Below are positions 9,270-18,559 of a DNA stretch of 42,720 bases, piece after piece (position 1 is the stretch's first letter; each line of letters begins with the position of its first letter). The notes under the pieces were generated by a model. It ran no database searches, was not told the DNA's origin, and worked only from the letters and a program-made list of their open reading frames with translations. Position numbers and translations under genes: made by a program. The stretch lies in IMG/VR virus record IMGVR_UViG_3300027819_000180, positions 1 through 42,720 of that record. One strand, 5' to 3'. This stretch comes from a virus (Duplodnaviria > Caudoviricetes).

Positions 9270-9651
9270 GATTTACAAAGAAGAATTAAGTAACATAAGC
9301 TCCAAGAACATAGGGACTGGTTGTGTTTTGCATTCGCACATTTGGATAGGGAGAGATGTCAAGATAGGAAATAAGGTAAGGATTCAGGCATTCTCGTTCA
9401 TTCCCGACGGAGTGGAGATTGAGGATAACGTTTTCATAGGGCCTCATGTAGTTTTTACGAACGACAAAAAACCGCCGAGTGATAACTGGCAAAGGACTTA
9501 TGTAAGGAAAGGGGCGAGTATAGGGGCTAACTCTGTGATTCTTCCTGGCCTAACAATCGGCGAGAACGCCAAAATAGGCGCAGGAAGCGTTGTAACCCAC
9601 GATTGCGAACCAAATAAAACATACTATGGAAACCCAGCAAGAGAACATTGA
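9259..9651 (+). CDS. Hexapeptide-repeat (LbH) sugar N-acetyltransferase, WbpD/WxcM-like
   Basis: IEDNVFIGPHVVFTND, GASIGANSVILPG, GAGSVVT, GNPA. Confidence 0.9.
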   Translation: MQNKIYKEELSNISSKNIGTGCVLHSHIWIGRDVKIGNKVRIQAFSFIPDGVEIEDNVFIGPHVVFTNDKKPPSDNWQRTYVRKGASIGANSVILPGLTIGENAKIGAGSVVTHDCEPNKTYYGNPAREH

Positions 9652-9961
9652 TAAACCTGATAAGCTGGAAATAAGCAGGAATCCCGATGGAACATTCAAG
9701 GAAGGAGTAAGCGGTAATCCCGAAGGTCGCCCCAAAGGAAAAACTCTTAAAGAATGGGCGAGAGATAAGCTGATGGGAATGACTGATAAAGAGCGAGAAG
9801 AATTTATCAAATCTCTTTCTAAAGATACTTTCTGGCGAATGGCTGAAGGCAATCCTCACCAAACTATTGACTCCACTGTTGAATTGAAACCAACTCCCTT
9901 ATTAAATGTTTTGCATAACAACGGCACTAAAGAAGATAAGCCAGCTGAACAAAAGAATTAG
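9626..9961 (+). CDS. terS: Terminase small subunit (DUF5681-like)
   Basis: GTFKEGVSGNPEGRPKG motif; immediately upstream of and overlapping TerL. Confidence 0.7.
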   Translation: METQQENIDKPDKLEISRNPDGTFKEGVSGNPEGRPKGKTLKEWARDKLMGMTDKEREEFIKSLSKDTFWRMAEGNPHQTIDSTVELKPTPLLNVLHNNGTKEDKPAEQKN

Positions 9962-11084
9962 AGCCGTTCAAGGTGGAACTTCTGCCGGTAAGACGATAGG
10001 GATTATAGAGTTTTTAATCGACTTAGCTCAAAGAGATGAAGTTCCTACGATTACAAGTATTGTTTCCGAGAGTTTCCCCCACCTCAAAAGAGGAGCGATA
10101 TTAGATTTTATTTCTATCTTAGAACAGCACGGATATTTCAAAGATAAAAGATGGAATAAAACTGATTACACTTATACATTCGAGACGGGAAGTAAGATTG
10201 AGTTCTTTTCGGTAGATCAGCCGGGAAAAGTAAGGGGGCCGAGAAGAGAGAGATTATTTATAAACGAAGCGAACAACATTTCTTACGATACGTTCGACCA
10301 GCTTGAAGTTAGAACCAAAGAGTTTATTTTTCTTGATTGGAATCCTGTATCAGAGTTTTGGTATTACGACAAAGTAGCGAATAGAGCAGATGTTGAACAT
10401 TTGATTTTAACTTACAAAGATAACGAAGGACTTGATAGTAGAATCATTGAAGCTATTGAACAACGAAGAGAACGAAAAGGTTGGTGGAAAGTTTACGGTG
10501 AGGGACTCTTAGGCGAGGTCGAAGGAAAGATTTACAAAGATTGGCAGATAATAGATGAAGTTCCTCACAACGCGAGATTAGAAAGATACGGACTGGACTT
10601 TGGATATTCCAATGACCCTTCTGCAATAGTGGCTGTATATTACTATGACGGAGGATATATTTGGGACGAGATACTTTTTCAAAAAGAGCTAAGTAACAAG
10701 CAGATAGCGAATATATTAAACAATCAACTTTCAGCTTTGGTAATAGCAGATTCCGCAGAACCGAAAAGTATTGATGAAATTAAAATACACGGAGTTAATA
10801 TCATCGGAGCAGAGAAAGGAAAGGATTCTGTAAATAACGGGATTCAATTAATCCAAGACCAAAGGATAAGCGTGACCAAAAGGTCTGTGAATATAATCAA
10901 GGAGTATAGGAATTATCTTTGGGAAACGGATAAAAACGGAATTATACTCAATGAACCCGAACATACATTTAGCCATTCAATGGATGCAGGAAGATACGCA
11001 ATGAGTTCGTTAATCAAAAAACCGATTGTAATGTCGATGGCTTCTCCTCTGGCTAAACCTTATTATCCTAAACTTGGAATATGA
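9906..11084 (+). CDS. terL: Terminase large subunit, PBSX family
   Basis: Walker A GGTSAGKT, Walker B FINEAN, GLDFGYSNDP nuclease motif, ADSAEP, HSMDAGRY. Confidence 0.95.
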   Translation: MFCITTALKKISQLNKRIRAVQGGTSAGKTIGIIEFLIDLAQRDEVPTITSIVSESFPHLKRGAILDFISILEQHGYFKDKRWNKTDYTYTFETGSKIEFFSVDQPGKVRGPRRERLFINEANNISYDTFDQLEVRTKEFIFLDWNPVSEFWYYDKVANRADVEHLILTYKDNEGLDSRIIEAIEQRRERKGWWKVYGEGLLGEVEGKIYKDWQIIDEVPHNARLERYGLDFGYSNDPSAIVAVYYYDGGYIWDEILFQKELSNKQIANILNNQLSALVIADSAEPKSIDEIKIHGVNIIGAEKGKDSVNNGIQLIQDQRISVTKRSVNIIKEYRNYLWETDKNGIILNEPEHTFSHSMDAGRYAMSSLIKKPIVMSMASPLAKPYYPKLGI

Positions 11085-11368
11085 GCTACATCACATTAAA
11101 GTTAGGCGGCGAAGCTCAAGAGATTGAGCGGTGTAGGAAAATCATACACCAGTTATTTGAAGATGGATTATTCAGTATTCGGAGCGGTTCGTTCACGGCT
11201 AACTTCGATGAGAATGGAGAAATGCCTACTACGGAAATTAGATTGGTAAAGAGACGGAATAAAATACTTCCTAAAATATCTGCATTAGAACAGTTTACTA
11301 TCGAAACTTTGCCTGTGGATAACTCCTCTATTGCAAAGCCCTTGACAAATGCTAATATAGGAATATAA
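11081..11368 (+). CDS. Hypothetical protein
   Basis: 95 aa ORF coupled to terL by an ATGA overlap. Confidence 0.6.
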   Translation: MSYITLKLGGEAQEIERCRKIIHQLFEDGLFSIRSGSFTANFDENGEMPTTEIRLVKRRNKILPKISALEQFTIETLPVDNSSIAKPLTNANIGI

Positions 11369-11369
11369 T
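11314..11369 (+). promoter_or_regulatory. Consensus sigma70 promoter preceded by a DnaA box
   Basis: TGTGGATAA 11314-11322; TTGACA 11342-11347, 16 bp spacer, TATAAT 11364-11369. Confidence 0.7.
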
Positions 11370-11400
11370 TTAATAAGTCAGGTCTCCACCTCGTACTCCG

Positions 11401-11428
11401 AGCGGACGCAAACAGCGTTCGTTTTTTT
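11401..11428 (+). terminator. Intrinsic terminator-like hairpin just before the portal gene
   Basis: agcggacgc-aaaca-gcgttcgtt followed by a T run. Confidence 0.6.
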
Positions 11429-11431
11429 ATT

Positions 11432-13150
11432 ATGGAATACGCAATCACAACAGGGAAAGGAATAAGCGACTTGATGCTTCGGCTTCAAGGCGAGAAAAAA
11501 ACAGCCCGTGAGTTCCAAGAAAGGAAGCACGAGAACTGGAACGAGATTTACGAACTCTCAAGAGGAAAGGTAAGAACCAATCGTTTGACTCAAAGACAGT
11601 CCGTGAACATTCCCTTGATGAAAGAAACCGAAAAGACCATTTTATCAAGAATTGACGAACGACCGAGTGTCGAGTGGAAAGAGTTAAGCGGAGATGAAGG
11701 CAAAGAAATTATTATGCAAACGTTGTGGGAAGATTTTATCCGAGAGAAGAATATTGAGCTGATAGATATGCAGGATAAGAAAACCTGCTTGAGGTATGGA
11801 CGACCTACGAAGAAATTCGTGCCTGGCGGGTTATACCCCGATGTTTACGCTTTGGATATATTTGATGTCGTTTATGACCCATTGATGAATCCTTTGGATG
11901 TCGAGACGGCGAGGTTTATTATTCATCAAAACATTTACCGTTCCGTAAGAGAATGTCTCGCTGATAAAAGATATTCCGAAGAGGGCAAAAAGTATTTAAG
12001 GGAATTCGCCGACAGCAAAGCAGGGATAATTATTTCAGGAAACAATAAGGAGGAGATGGTGAAACGGAACGAACGGCTCATGGCTATGGGTGTAGGTTCA
12101 GACCAGTTCGACAGATTTGCTGGAGGAGATACGATAGTTAATTTAACGGAACATTACACGAACCAGTGGAACGCCAAGACGAAAAAGTTTGAGAGGAGAG
12201 TGATAGTTTACTGTGAAGACACGATTACTCTGCTTGATGAGCCACTTGAAGATTTAATCGGGATTGACAAGTGGCCGTTTGTAACTTGGAGCGAGGATTT
12301 GGAAACGAATGATATTTGGAACGATTCGATTGATGACTTAGTAAGAGTTCCGAATCAGTTAATTAACGTTTGGTTTTCTCAATTAGCCGAAAACAGGACT
12401 CTGAAGAACTTTCAGATGCACTGGTATGACGCTACGGTTCAGGGCTACCAACCCCAGACCTACGAACCAGGCCCTGGAAGAATGCTTCCCGCCCCTGGAG
12501 ACCCTAATAAGACAATAATGCCCGTGAATGTTTCAGGTTTAGACGACACTTTGGAAGCGATTAACTTTTTAATAACAGTAGTTGAACGGGGTACGGGAGC
12601 GACTGCGATTGAGAAAGGAGTTGGTGAACAGAAACAGCAGACTTTGGGCGAGGTTCAGATTCTTGTTGGAAAGGCGATGGAACGCTCGACTAACATAGCG
12701 AAGTATTACAATAAGGCGTGGTATGACTTTTCAAAGCTGTGGATTTCACTGATGGAAGCGAATTCAAGAGGAAAAAAGAGTTTATACAAAACAGGGCAGA
12801 GCGGGAAACTTTATCCGAAGAAAATTTACCGTTCGGATTGGGTTTCTGAAGCGGGTTATGAGCCGATGGTTAGATCGTCTTCCGAACAAGAACAGGATAA
12901 TGTCAAAGCTATTCAGAAGTTTCAGTTCTTGCTTGGTATGTTTCCGAACAATGGAGCGTTGCGCAGAATCGCCCAAAAGAGAAGTCTTGAAATAGTAGAT
13001 ATATCCGCCGATGAACTAAGGCAGGTTGAAGAAGAAGAAAAGAATATGCAACAAATGCAAATGATGCAACCACAGCAACCACAAACCCAACAGACTGGGT
13101 CGCCCTCGATGCCTATGGCATTAGAACCGGCTCCAGCTCTGGGTCGATAA
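11432..13150 (+). CDS. Portal protein (podovirus/P22-like)
   Basis: 572 aa after TerL; WPFVTW...Q.LIN, PG...P and TLGEVQI features; Q-rich tail. Confidence 0.8.
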   Translation: MEYAITTGKGISDLMLRLQGEKKTAREFQERKHENWNEIYELSRGKVRTNRLTQRQSVNIPLMKETEKTILSRIDERPSVEWKELSGDEGKEIIMQTLWEDFIREKNIELIDMQDKKTCLRYGRPTKKFVPGGLYPDVYALDIFDVVYDPLMNPLDVETARFIIHQNIYRSVRECLADKRYSEEGKKYLREFADSKAGIIISGNNKEEMVKRNERLMAMGVGSDQFDRFAGGDTIVNLTEHYTNQWNAKTKKFERRVIVYCEDTITLLDEPLEDLIGIDKWPFVTWSEDLETNDIWNDSIDDLVRVPNQLINVWFSQLAENRTLKNFQMHWYDATVQGYQPQTYEPGPGRMLPAPGDPNKTIMPVNVSGLDDTLEAINFLITVVERGTGATAIEKGVGEQKQQTLGEVQILVGKAMERSTNIAKYYNKAWYDFSKLWISLMEANSRGKKSLYKTGQSGKLYPKKIYRSDWVSEAGYEPMVRSSSEQEQDNVKAIQKFQFLLGMFPNNGALRRIAQKRSLEIVDISADELRQVEEEEKNMQQMQMMQPQQPQTQQTGSPSMPMALEPAPALGR

Positions 13151-13191
13151 TGTGGAAGTAGTCGATTAAACAAACCAATTAAAATACTAAA

Positions 13192-14361
13192 ATTCCAAAT
13201 TTAATTCACGGACAAGACCCAGGAGGGGCTCTTCGTCCGATTCAAGTAGATGATAACGGTAATCTTCAAATAGATTTAGTTTCAGGCGTTTCAGTTTCGA
13301 CTTCGATTACGGGAACGATGACGGTAGACCAACTGTCGGGTTCTCAATGGAGTACGGTAGTTAATTCAACGCTTGTAGCTTTAGATGTAAAGCAGGTAAG
13401 TGGCTCAACTGACAGTGTAAGTATTGTGTCCAACATTGCCGCGTTAGATGTAATTCAGGTTTCAGGAGCGACAGACAGTGTAAGTATAGTTTCTAATATA
13501 GCCGCGCTTGACGTAAAACAAGTATCAGGTTCTGTAGACAGCGTAAGCGTAACGGAGTTCGCGGCTGGAGCGCAGTTAAATACGCTTCAGGCCTCTGGTT
13601 CAGTGGACAGCGTGAGTATTGCTTCTCAACCTATAACTTTAGTAGTAGACCAGTTATCTGGTTCAACTTGGAGTTCAGCTGTAGTTTCGGGAGCGACTTC
13701 GTTAGACGTCAAACAGGTTAGTGGAGATGTAAGTTCGACAGTTGTCAATTCAACACTTACGGCTTTAGACGTAGTTCAAGTATCAGGTTCGACTTTCAGC
13801 ATTGCTACAGGCCCGACAAGCTTAGACGTAAAACAGGTATCTGGTTCGGCGGACAGTGTTGTAGTCAACTCATTCGATACCTCTTTGTCAGTCAATCAGG
13901 TATCGGGTTCAAACTTCTCAAGCGAGGTAAGTGGAATAGCAAGACAAACTAATCCGACTGCAGTAGCGGACGCGGCGGTAGTAAAGGCGTCATACGACGA
14001 CCTTGGCAGACAAGTAATCACACCTTATCAAGTCAGGGACTTGGTTTCTACGGCGTACATCACAACTACGACGGGGATAGAAACAACTCTGTTGGCGGGA
14101 GTAGCAGGAGTGAATCTTGACTTAGTGCAGATAGTCGCGGCGAATACCTCGGACGCGGTGGTTGATATAGATTTTCGAGCGGTAACTGCGGGAAATGTCG
14201 AATTCTCGCTTACTGTTCCGGCTGACGCGACTGCAGGATTCATTCCAACTGTTCCTTGGCCACAAGCGGCTACGGGGAATAACTGGACTGCGGATGTCGC
14301 CGGAGCTGATATAAGCAACACAACGGTCAATACAAGCGCGTTGTTCATTAGGAACGTCTAA
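13192..14361 (+). CDS. Ser/Thr/Val-rich repeat structural protein (start uncertain; first ATG at 13318)
   Basis: About 10 repeats of LDVxQVSGSxxS. The frame stays open and protein-like upstream to 13183. Confidence 0.75.
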   Translation: MPNLIHGQDPGGALRPIQVDDNGNLQIDLVSGVSVSTSITGTMTVDQLSGSQWSTVVNSTLVALDVKQVSGSTDSVSIVSNIAALDVIQVSGATDSVSIVSNIAALDVKQVSGSVDSVSVTEFAAGAQLNTLQASGSVDSVSIASQPITLVVDQLSGSTWSSAVVSGATSLDVKQVSGDVSSTVVNSTLTALDVVQVSGSTFSIATGPTSLDVKQVSGSADSVVVNSFDTSLSVNQVSGSNFSSEVSGIARQTNPTAVADAAVVKASYDDLGRQVITPYQVRDLVSTAYITTTTGIETTLLAGVAGVNLDLVQIVAANTSDAVVDIDFRAVTAGNVEFSLTVPADATAGFIPTVPWPQAATGNNWTADVAGADISNTTVNTSALFIRNV

Positions 14362-14400
14362 TCTAACAATCCCCCGTCTTTGGGCGGGGGAGAAACCAAA

Positions 14401-15123
14401 ATGGCAAAAGTATTTCAAGTAGATACAGGGGGCACACTGACGACGAGTCTTATTTCCTATTGGAAGTTGGATGATGTTAACGACTTTTTTAGCACAAATA
14501 ACTTTACCAACGAAAATGCTGTTGCCTTTAATGCTGGTAAGGTAGGTAATGCTGGCGACACTGGAACTGGTAACACGAATAAAGCACTTGCACTTGCCAG
14601 TGCTCTTGGAATTGATGGGGGAAATTGTTCTATTTCTCTTTGGGTAAAACTCACCGATGCAGTATCTGTTGGAAAAACATTTGCTAATCAGGCTTCAAAC
14701 GGAAGCACTAACACTGGCTACACGCTGCAATATGATGGCACAACTCTTGCTGCAAATAGATATAAAAATGGAACATCTGATAATAGTGCGACTGAAACGG
14801 TAACTCTTTCCACAGGAACTTGGTATCACATTGTGCTGACTTACGACGGGACGACCTTACGTCTTTATCGAGATAATGTCGCCAAAGGAACTCTGGCAAC
14901 AAGCGGAAATGGAGTAAGTGCCACAATTGCGGCGTTTAACTTATTCAAACACAATGTCGAACGGTTTTTGAGTGGTCTGATAGACGAAGTGGGAGTTTGG
15001 AGTAAGGCACTCAATACTACGGAGATAAGCGACCTCTACAATGGTGGGAGCGGGCAGACGATGATTGTTGGCGCAACGGCAGGAAAATATGCCTCTAACA
15101 GAACGATGCTTAAAGTAGGATGA
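14401..15123 (+). CDS. LamG/concanavalin A-like lectin domain virion protein
   Basis: LISYWKLD, SISLWVK, WYHIVLTYDG..LRLY, GLIDEVGVWSKAL...EISDLYN. Confidence 0.85.
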   Translation: MAKVFQVDTGGTLTTSLISYWKLDDVNDFFSTNNFTNENAVAFNAGKVGNAGDTGTGNTNKALALASALGIDGGNCSISLWVKLTDAVSVGKTFANQASNGSTNTGYTLQYDGTTLAANRYKNGTSDNSATETVTLSTGTWYHIVLTYDGTTLRLYRDNVAKGTLATSGNGVSATIAAFNLFKHNVERFLSGLIDEVGVWSKALNTTEISDLYNGGSGQTMIVGATAGKYASNRTMLKVG

Positions 15124-15458
15124 ACCAATTACTTTCAAAACTCCTCGGTAAACGGGGAATCACAAGGGAAGAATTAAGCGACAAACCCATAGCGGGAATG
15201 ATTTCCGAGAAAGGCCAGTTTGAAAATTGGGAAAAGATTTTGAGCGAAGAACCTATTACAGTTCAGGTTATAGAGGACTTTTGCAAAGACCAGATAAGCA
15301 AGATAGAAATGCAATGGGGAGATTTCTCTAACGCTAGCCAAAAGAACGAACGATTAGTGATAGCTCATACGATTTATTCGGCGATTCTGAAGGCGACAAA
15401 AGCACCCAAGGTCGAACGAGAATCGCTGGAACGATACTTGAATCAGATAATTCAATGA
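15120..15458 (+). CDS. Hypothetical head-module protein
   Basis: 112 aa, translationally coupled between portal region and scaffold. Confidence 0.7.
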   Translation: MNQLLSKLLGKRGITREELSDKPIAGMISEKGQFENWEKILSEEPITVQVIEDFCKDQISKIEMQWGDFSNASQKNERLVIAHTIYSAILKATKAPKVERESLERYLNQIIQ

Positions 15459-15658
15459 AAAAAACAGAAAGGGAACTCACCCGAAAATTGAGAAAGGAAG
15501 GTTACAAAGGAAAGAGATTGCTTGAAGCCGTAAGAGACGGAGTGGATGTTGTAAATGTCGGGACAAATGTCGATACGGCAGTGGCCGCAGTCAAGGTCGC
15601 AAAGAAAATTAAGGTAAAAACTAAAGTGGCTAAAGCAAAGAAAGGAAAGAAAAAGTAA
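15455..15658 (+). CDS. Small basic Lys-rich protein
   Basis: 67 aa, ATGA overlap, K/A-rich tail. Confidence 0.6.
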   Translation: MKKTERELTRKLRKEGYKGKRLLEAVRDGVDVVNVGTNVDTAVAAVKVAKKIKVKTKVAKAKKGKKK

Positions 15659-15737
15659 AAGTCGGGAGGAGCATACCTCGTTAAAAAACAGGACTAAACC
15701 TCAAATGCAAAGGTCGAACACAAAAGTTCATTAAAAA

Positions 15738-16328
15738 ATGGAACAAACATTGGAGAAGGTAACTCCGACAAATCCAACAGAGCAACCTGTCGAAAGCAAA
15801 ACTGCCGAGGAAATACTCGCAGAAAGAGACGCTGAAATAGCCGCTCTTAGACAAAAGGAAACGGAACTCCAAGCTCAAAAAGAGCATTGGAGGGGGAAGT
15901 ATGACAGGGATATTACTTCCGTAATCCAAACTCCCACACCTTCTGAGGAACAGGATATGTCCGATGAAGGCAAGGCACTGAAAGGCGACATTTCTAAAAT
16001 CAGCCAAGAGCTTAAAGAAATTAAGCGCAAGGAAGACCGAAGGGATGCCGAAGCCGAATTCCCTGTTTTGAAAGATAAACGGAGCGAGTTCGACGAATTC
16101 TTGGAGGATGAGGAAAACAAAAAACTCTCCGTTAAGAAAGCCGCTCAAGTGTTTCTTGCCTTAAACAATCTGTTGACTCCCGAACCGCCCGAAAGGAAAG
16201 GCTTGGAGAAGCCAGCAGGCGCAGGACAGACACCGCCAGTTCCTGGATATACCGATGAACAGCTCGAAGATTTGCGGAAAAATAACTATCGCAAATACAC
16301 AGAGTTGATTCGCACAGGTAAGATTTAG
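15738..16328 (+). CDS. Capsid scaffolding protein
   Basis: Acidic coiled-coil protein directly upstream of the capsid gene. Confidence 0.7.
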   Translation: MEQTLEKVTPTNPTEQPVESKTAEEILAERDAEIAALRQKETELQAQKEHWRGKYDRDITSVIQTPTPSEEQDMSDEGKALKGDISKISQELKEIKRKEDRRDAEAEFPVLKDKRSEFDEFLEDEENKKLSVKKAAQVFLALNNLLTPEPPERKGLEKPAGAGQTPPVPGYTDEQLEDLRKNNYRKYTELIRTGKI

Positions 16329-16356
16329 GTCGCGGAAGGTAGTAAGTTAGAAAAAA

Positions 16357-17673
16357 ATGGCTATAACAGATTTTGGAATTAATTTCCATAGAAAAGTCCT
16401 TAGAAAGTTCTACGAGAACGCGGTAACACCCGCGCTTGTAAATCGGAACTACGAGGGAGAAATCAAGGAGTTCGGTGACCGAATCCGTCTTTTGTCATTC
16501 TTGCACGATATTCAGTTATCTGATTACACGGTAGGAACAGACATGACGGTTCAGCCACTCTTTGACACTTCGGAAGAGCTTGTCATCAATCAACAGAAGA
16601 ATTACAACTTCGGGATTGACAAAGTCGAGGAATTGTTCACTTATGGTTCTGATATTGCTGATGCTCTCATTGAGAACGCTGCAAAAGAACTTCAGAAAAC
16701 GGTGGACAGCTTCGTCTTGGGACAACTCGCCGCAGGTGTTGCGGCTGGGAATTGGCTCGGACAGAACGCGAGAGTTGCGGGAACTGCCACTTCGACGATG
16801 GCTTCAATAGCCACTACGGCGACAGGAGGCACATTAACCCTTAACTCGGACTCTGCTGTCGAGGCAAATATCCCCTCGGCTGAACTTCCTGATGGAACTC
16901 TCATCTACGGCGGATTTACGACTGCCGACTTGGGTAAACCGATTCGTTTGACTTCCGGAGCTACTTGGGCAACCGAGTGGTACAGGATCACAGCGAGAAC
17001 GGACTCAAGCGCGGTTTCAATCGTGAACTGGGACGATGCGACAGAAGGATTTCCGATTCCTAACGGCGATGTGTTGAGAGGCCTCTACGGTGGCGCGGAC
17101 TTTACGTCCGATTCCAACGGAGACGGCAAACCGACAGTACTCGCTGGTTGGGGCTGGGAATTCCAAGCCGCGATACCGACAACGGTAACTTCATCGAATA
17201 TCTACGAGCATTTTACTGTGCTTGGCGAAATACTCGATAAAGCGTTAGTTGCTCACGATGACCGACACGTTGTGATGCCGTTCGCAGGACGGACGATGCT
17301 CTTACAGGCATCCGAACTCCAGCCGAGCGGAATTGAAATGCTCTACACCGACACTATCATTAATGGTAAGGTCGCCCGTGTAGCGGGTTTCGATGTTCAC
17401 ACGACTCATCAGGGTCGGTTCTCGACTGCTGTAGGACACGCCACAGCGACAGGAACTGGGGCTGACACAGCTACGGTTACTGGGACTACTGGTTATTGCT
17501 TGCCTGCGATTCATACTTCGTTCTACTCCTTCGCGGAGAAATGGAGCGAATCAAGGACAGTGATGGCCGAAAGGCAGTTCGCCAAATTGTATCAGGGCTT
17601 GTTCCTCTACGGAGGCAAAGTCCCGATTATGAGGAGAACCGCCGGAGCTTTGCTATACGCGCAAGCTGTATAG
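16357..17673 (+). CDS. Major capsid protein (HK97 fold, P22-coat-like) with insertion
   Basis: NRNYEGEIKEFGDRI, LVINQQKNYNFGID, NGKVARVAGFDV, GLFLYGGK. Follows scaffold and precedes a strong hairpin. Confidence 0.85.
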   Translation: MAITDFGINFHRKVLRKFYENAVTPALVNRNYEGEIKEFGDRIRLLSFLHDIQLSDYTVGTDMTVQPLFDTSEELVINQQKNYNFGIDKVEELFTYGSDIADALIENAAKELQKTVDSFVLGQLAAGVAAGNWLGQNARVAGTATSTMASIATTATGGTLTLNSDSAVEANIPSAELPDGTLIYGGFTTADLGKPIRLTSGATWATEWYRITARTDSSAVSIVNWDDATEGFPIPNGDVLRGLYGGADFTSDSNGDGKPTVLAGWGWEFQAAIPTTVTSSNIYEHFTVLGEILDKALVAHDDRHVVMPFAGRTMLLQASELQPSGIEMLYTDTIINGKVARVAGFDVHTTHQGRFSTAVGHATATGTGADTATVTGTTGYCLPAIHTSFYSFAEKWSESRTVMAERQFAKLYQGLFLYGGKVPIMRRTAGALLYAQAV

Positions 17674-17674
17674 T

Positions 17675-17720
17675 TTGTCCACTCTGAACCTCTACTAAAA
17701 AGGGGTTCAGAACTGGGCAA
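17675..17720 (+). terminator. Long hairpin after capsid gene (terminator or mRNA stabiliser)
   Basis: ttgtcca..tctgaacctct-actaaaa-aggggttcaga..tgggcaa; no T tract. Confidence 0.5.
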
Positions 17721-17730
17721 GACCCAAAAA

Positions 17731-18558
17731 ATGATAGGAACATTACGATTCATAAAAATCTTCTATAACTTCTGGTATCGGTTTTTTCCGCCTGAATTAG
17801 TTCAGTACTGGAAAAACAACGATATGGCCAGGGCAAAACTCGTTACTTTAGATGACGGGGCTTATGCTATGAAAATTGAGGGTGAGAAGTACCCTCTTTA
17901 CGGATTCCCTCGCGGGCCTGTCCTCTTTGGCGCGTTGGCCCGACTGAAGCATTTGGGCAAAAATCTTATATTCAATGAATCGTGGAGATTGCTCGAAGAA
18001 GGCAAGACAAACGAGGAAGTAATGAATTATCTCAAGAGTGTCGCCTTGCCCGTTATCTTCCAAGAAATCCAGAAAAACAAATATGATATGTTCCCGCCAG
18101 AAAAGTTGTGTCCCGCTGTCAAAGAGTTGTGGCGGGCTTTGAGCGTGATTGAAGGAAGGATTGACAATGATAATTTCAAGAATTTCAAACAAGGATTGAC
18201 TTTCTTCCTTCAGGAAGATGACGCTTACCGATTCAGGTTTCAATGGTTGTCTAAATACATCAACCCGAACTCCTTATGGAGAAAGGTTTGGTATTTCGGC
18301 AGAGAGTATTCATTGAAGAAGGAACTTGATTTCGCTTTTAACTTCTTGGAGAACGCCGAAATAGTCCCCGATATGAAAGGACGGACGAAACTGATTAAAA
18401 GGGTTTTGTTCGCCGTGATGGAGGATAAAGAGTTTGGAAAGATAGTCAATGAGTTGTTCAAGGAACTTGACTGGAAGAAACTCCGACTCTCTAAATCGGA
18501 TTCCTATTATTTCAGGGGCAAGTATTTCAAAGTCGATTTCGACCACTTTGACTATTAA
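17731..18558 (+). CDS. Hypothetical protein
   Basis: 275 aa ORF, A-rich leader, no motif recognised. Confidence 0.75.
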   Translation: MIGTLRFIKIFYNFWYRFFPPELVQYWKNNDMARAKLVTLDDGAYAMKIEGEKYPLYGFPRGPVLFGALARLKHLGKNLIFNESWRLLEEGKTNEEVMNYLKSVALPVIFQEIQKNKYDMFPPEKLCPAVKELWRALSVIEGRIDNDNFKNFKQGLTFFLQEDDAYRFRFQWLSKYINPNSLWRKVWYFGREYSLKKELDFAFNFLENAEIVPDMKGRTKLIKRVLFAVMEDKEFGKIVNELFKELDWKKLRLSKSDSYYFRGKYFKVDFDHFDY

Positions 18559-18559
18559 C

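Noticed and set aside
13318-13935. CRISPR array or DGR repeat pair
   Set aside because: The repeats are in-frame protein repeats with synonymous divergence; no reverse transcriptase or cas genes are present. The same applies to 21894-22253.
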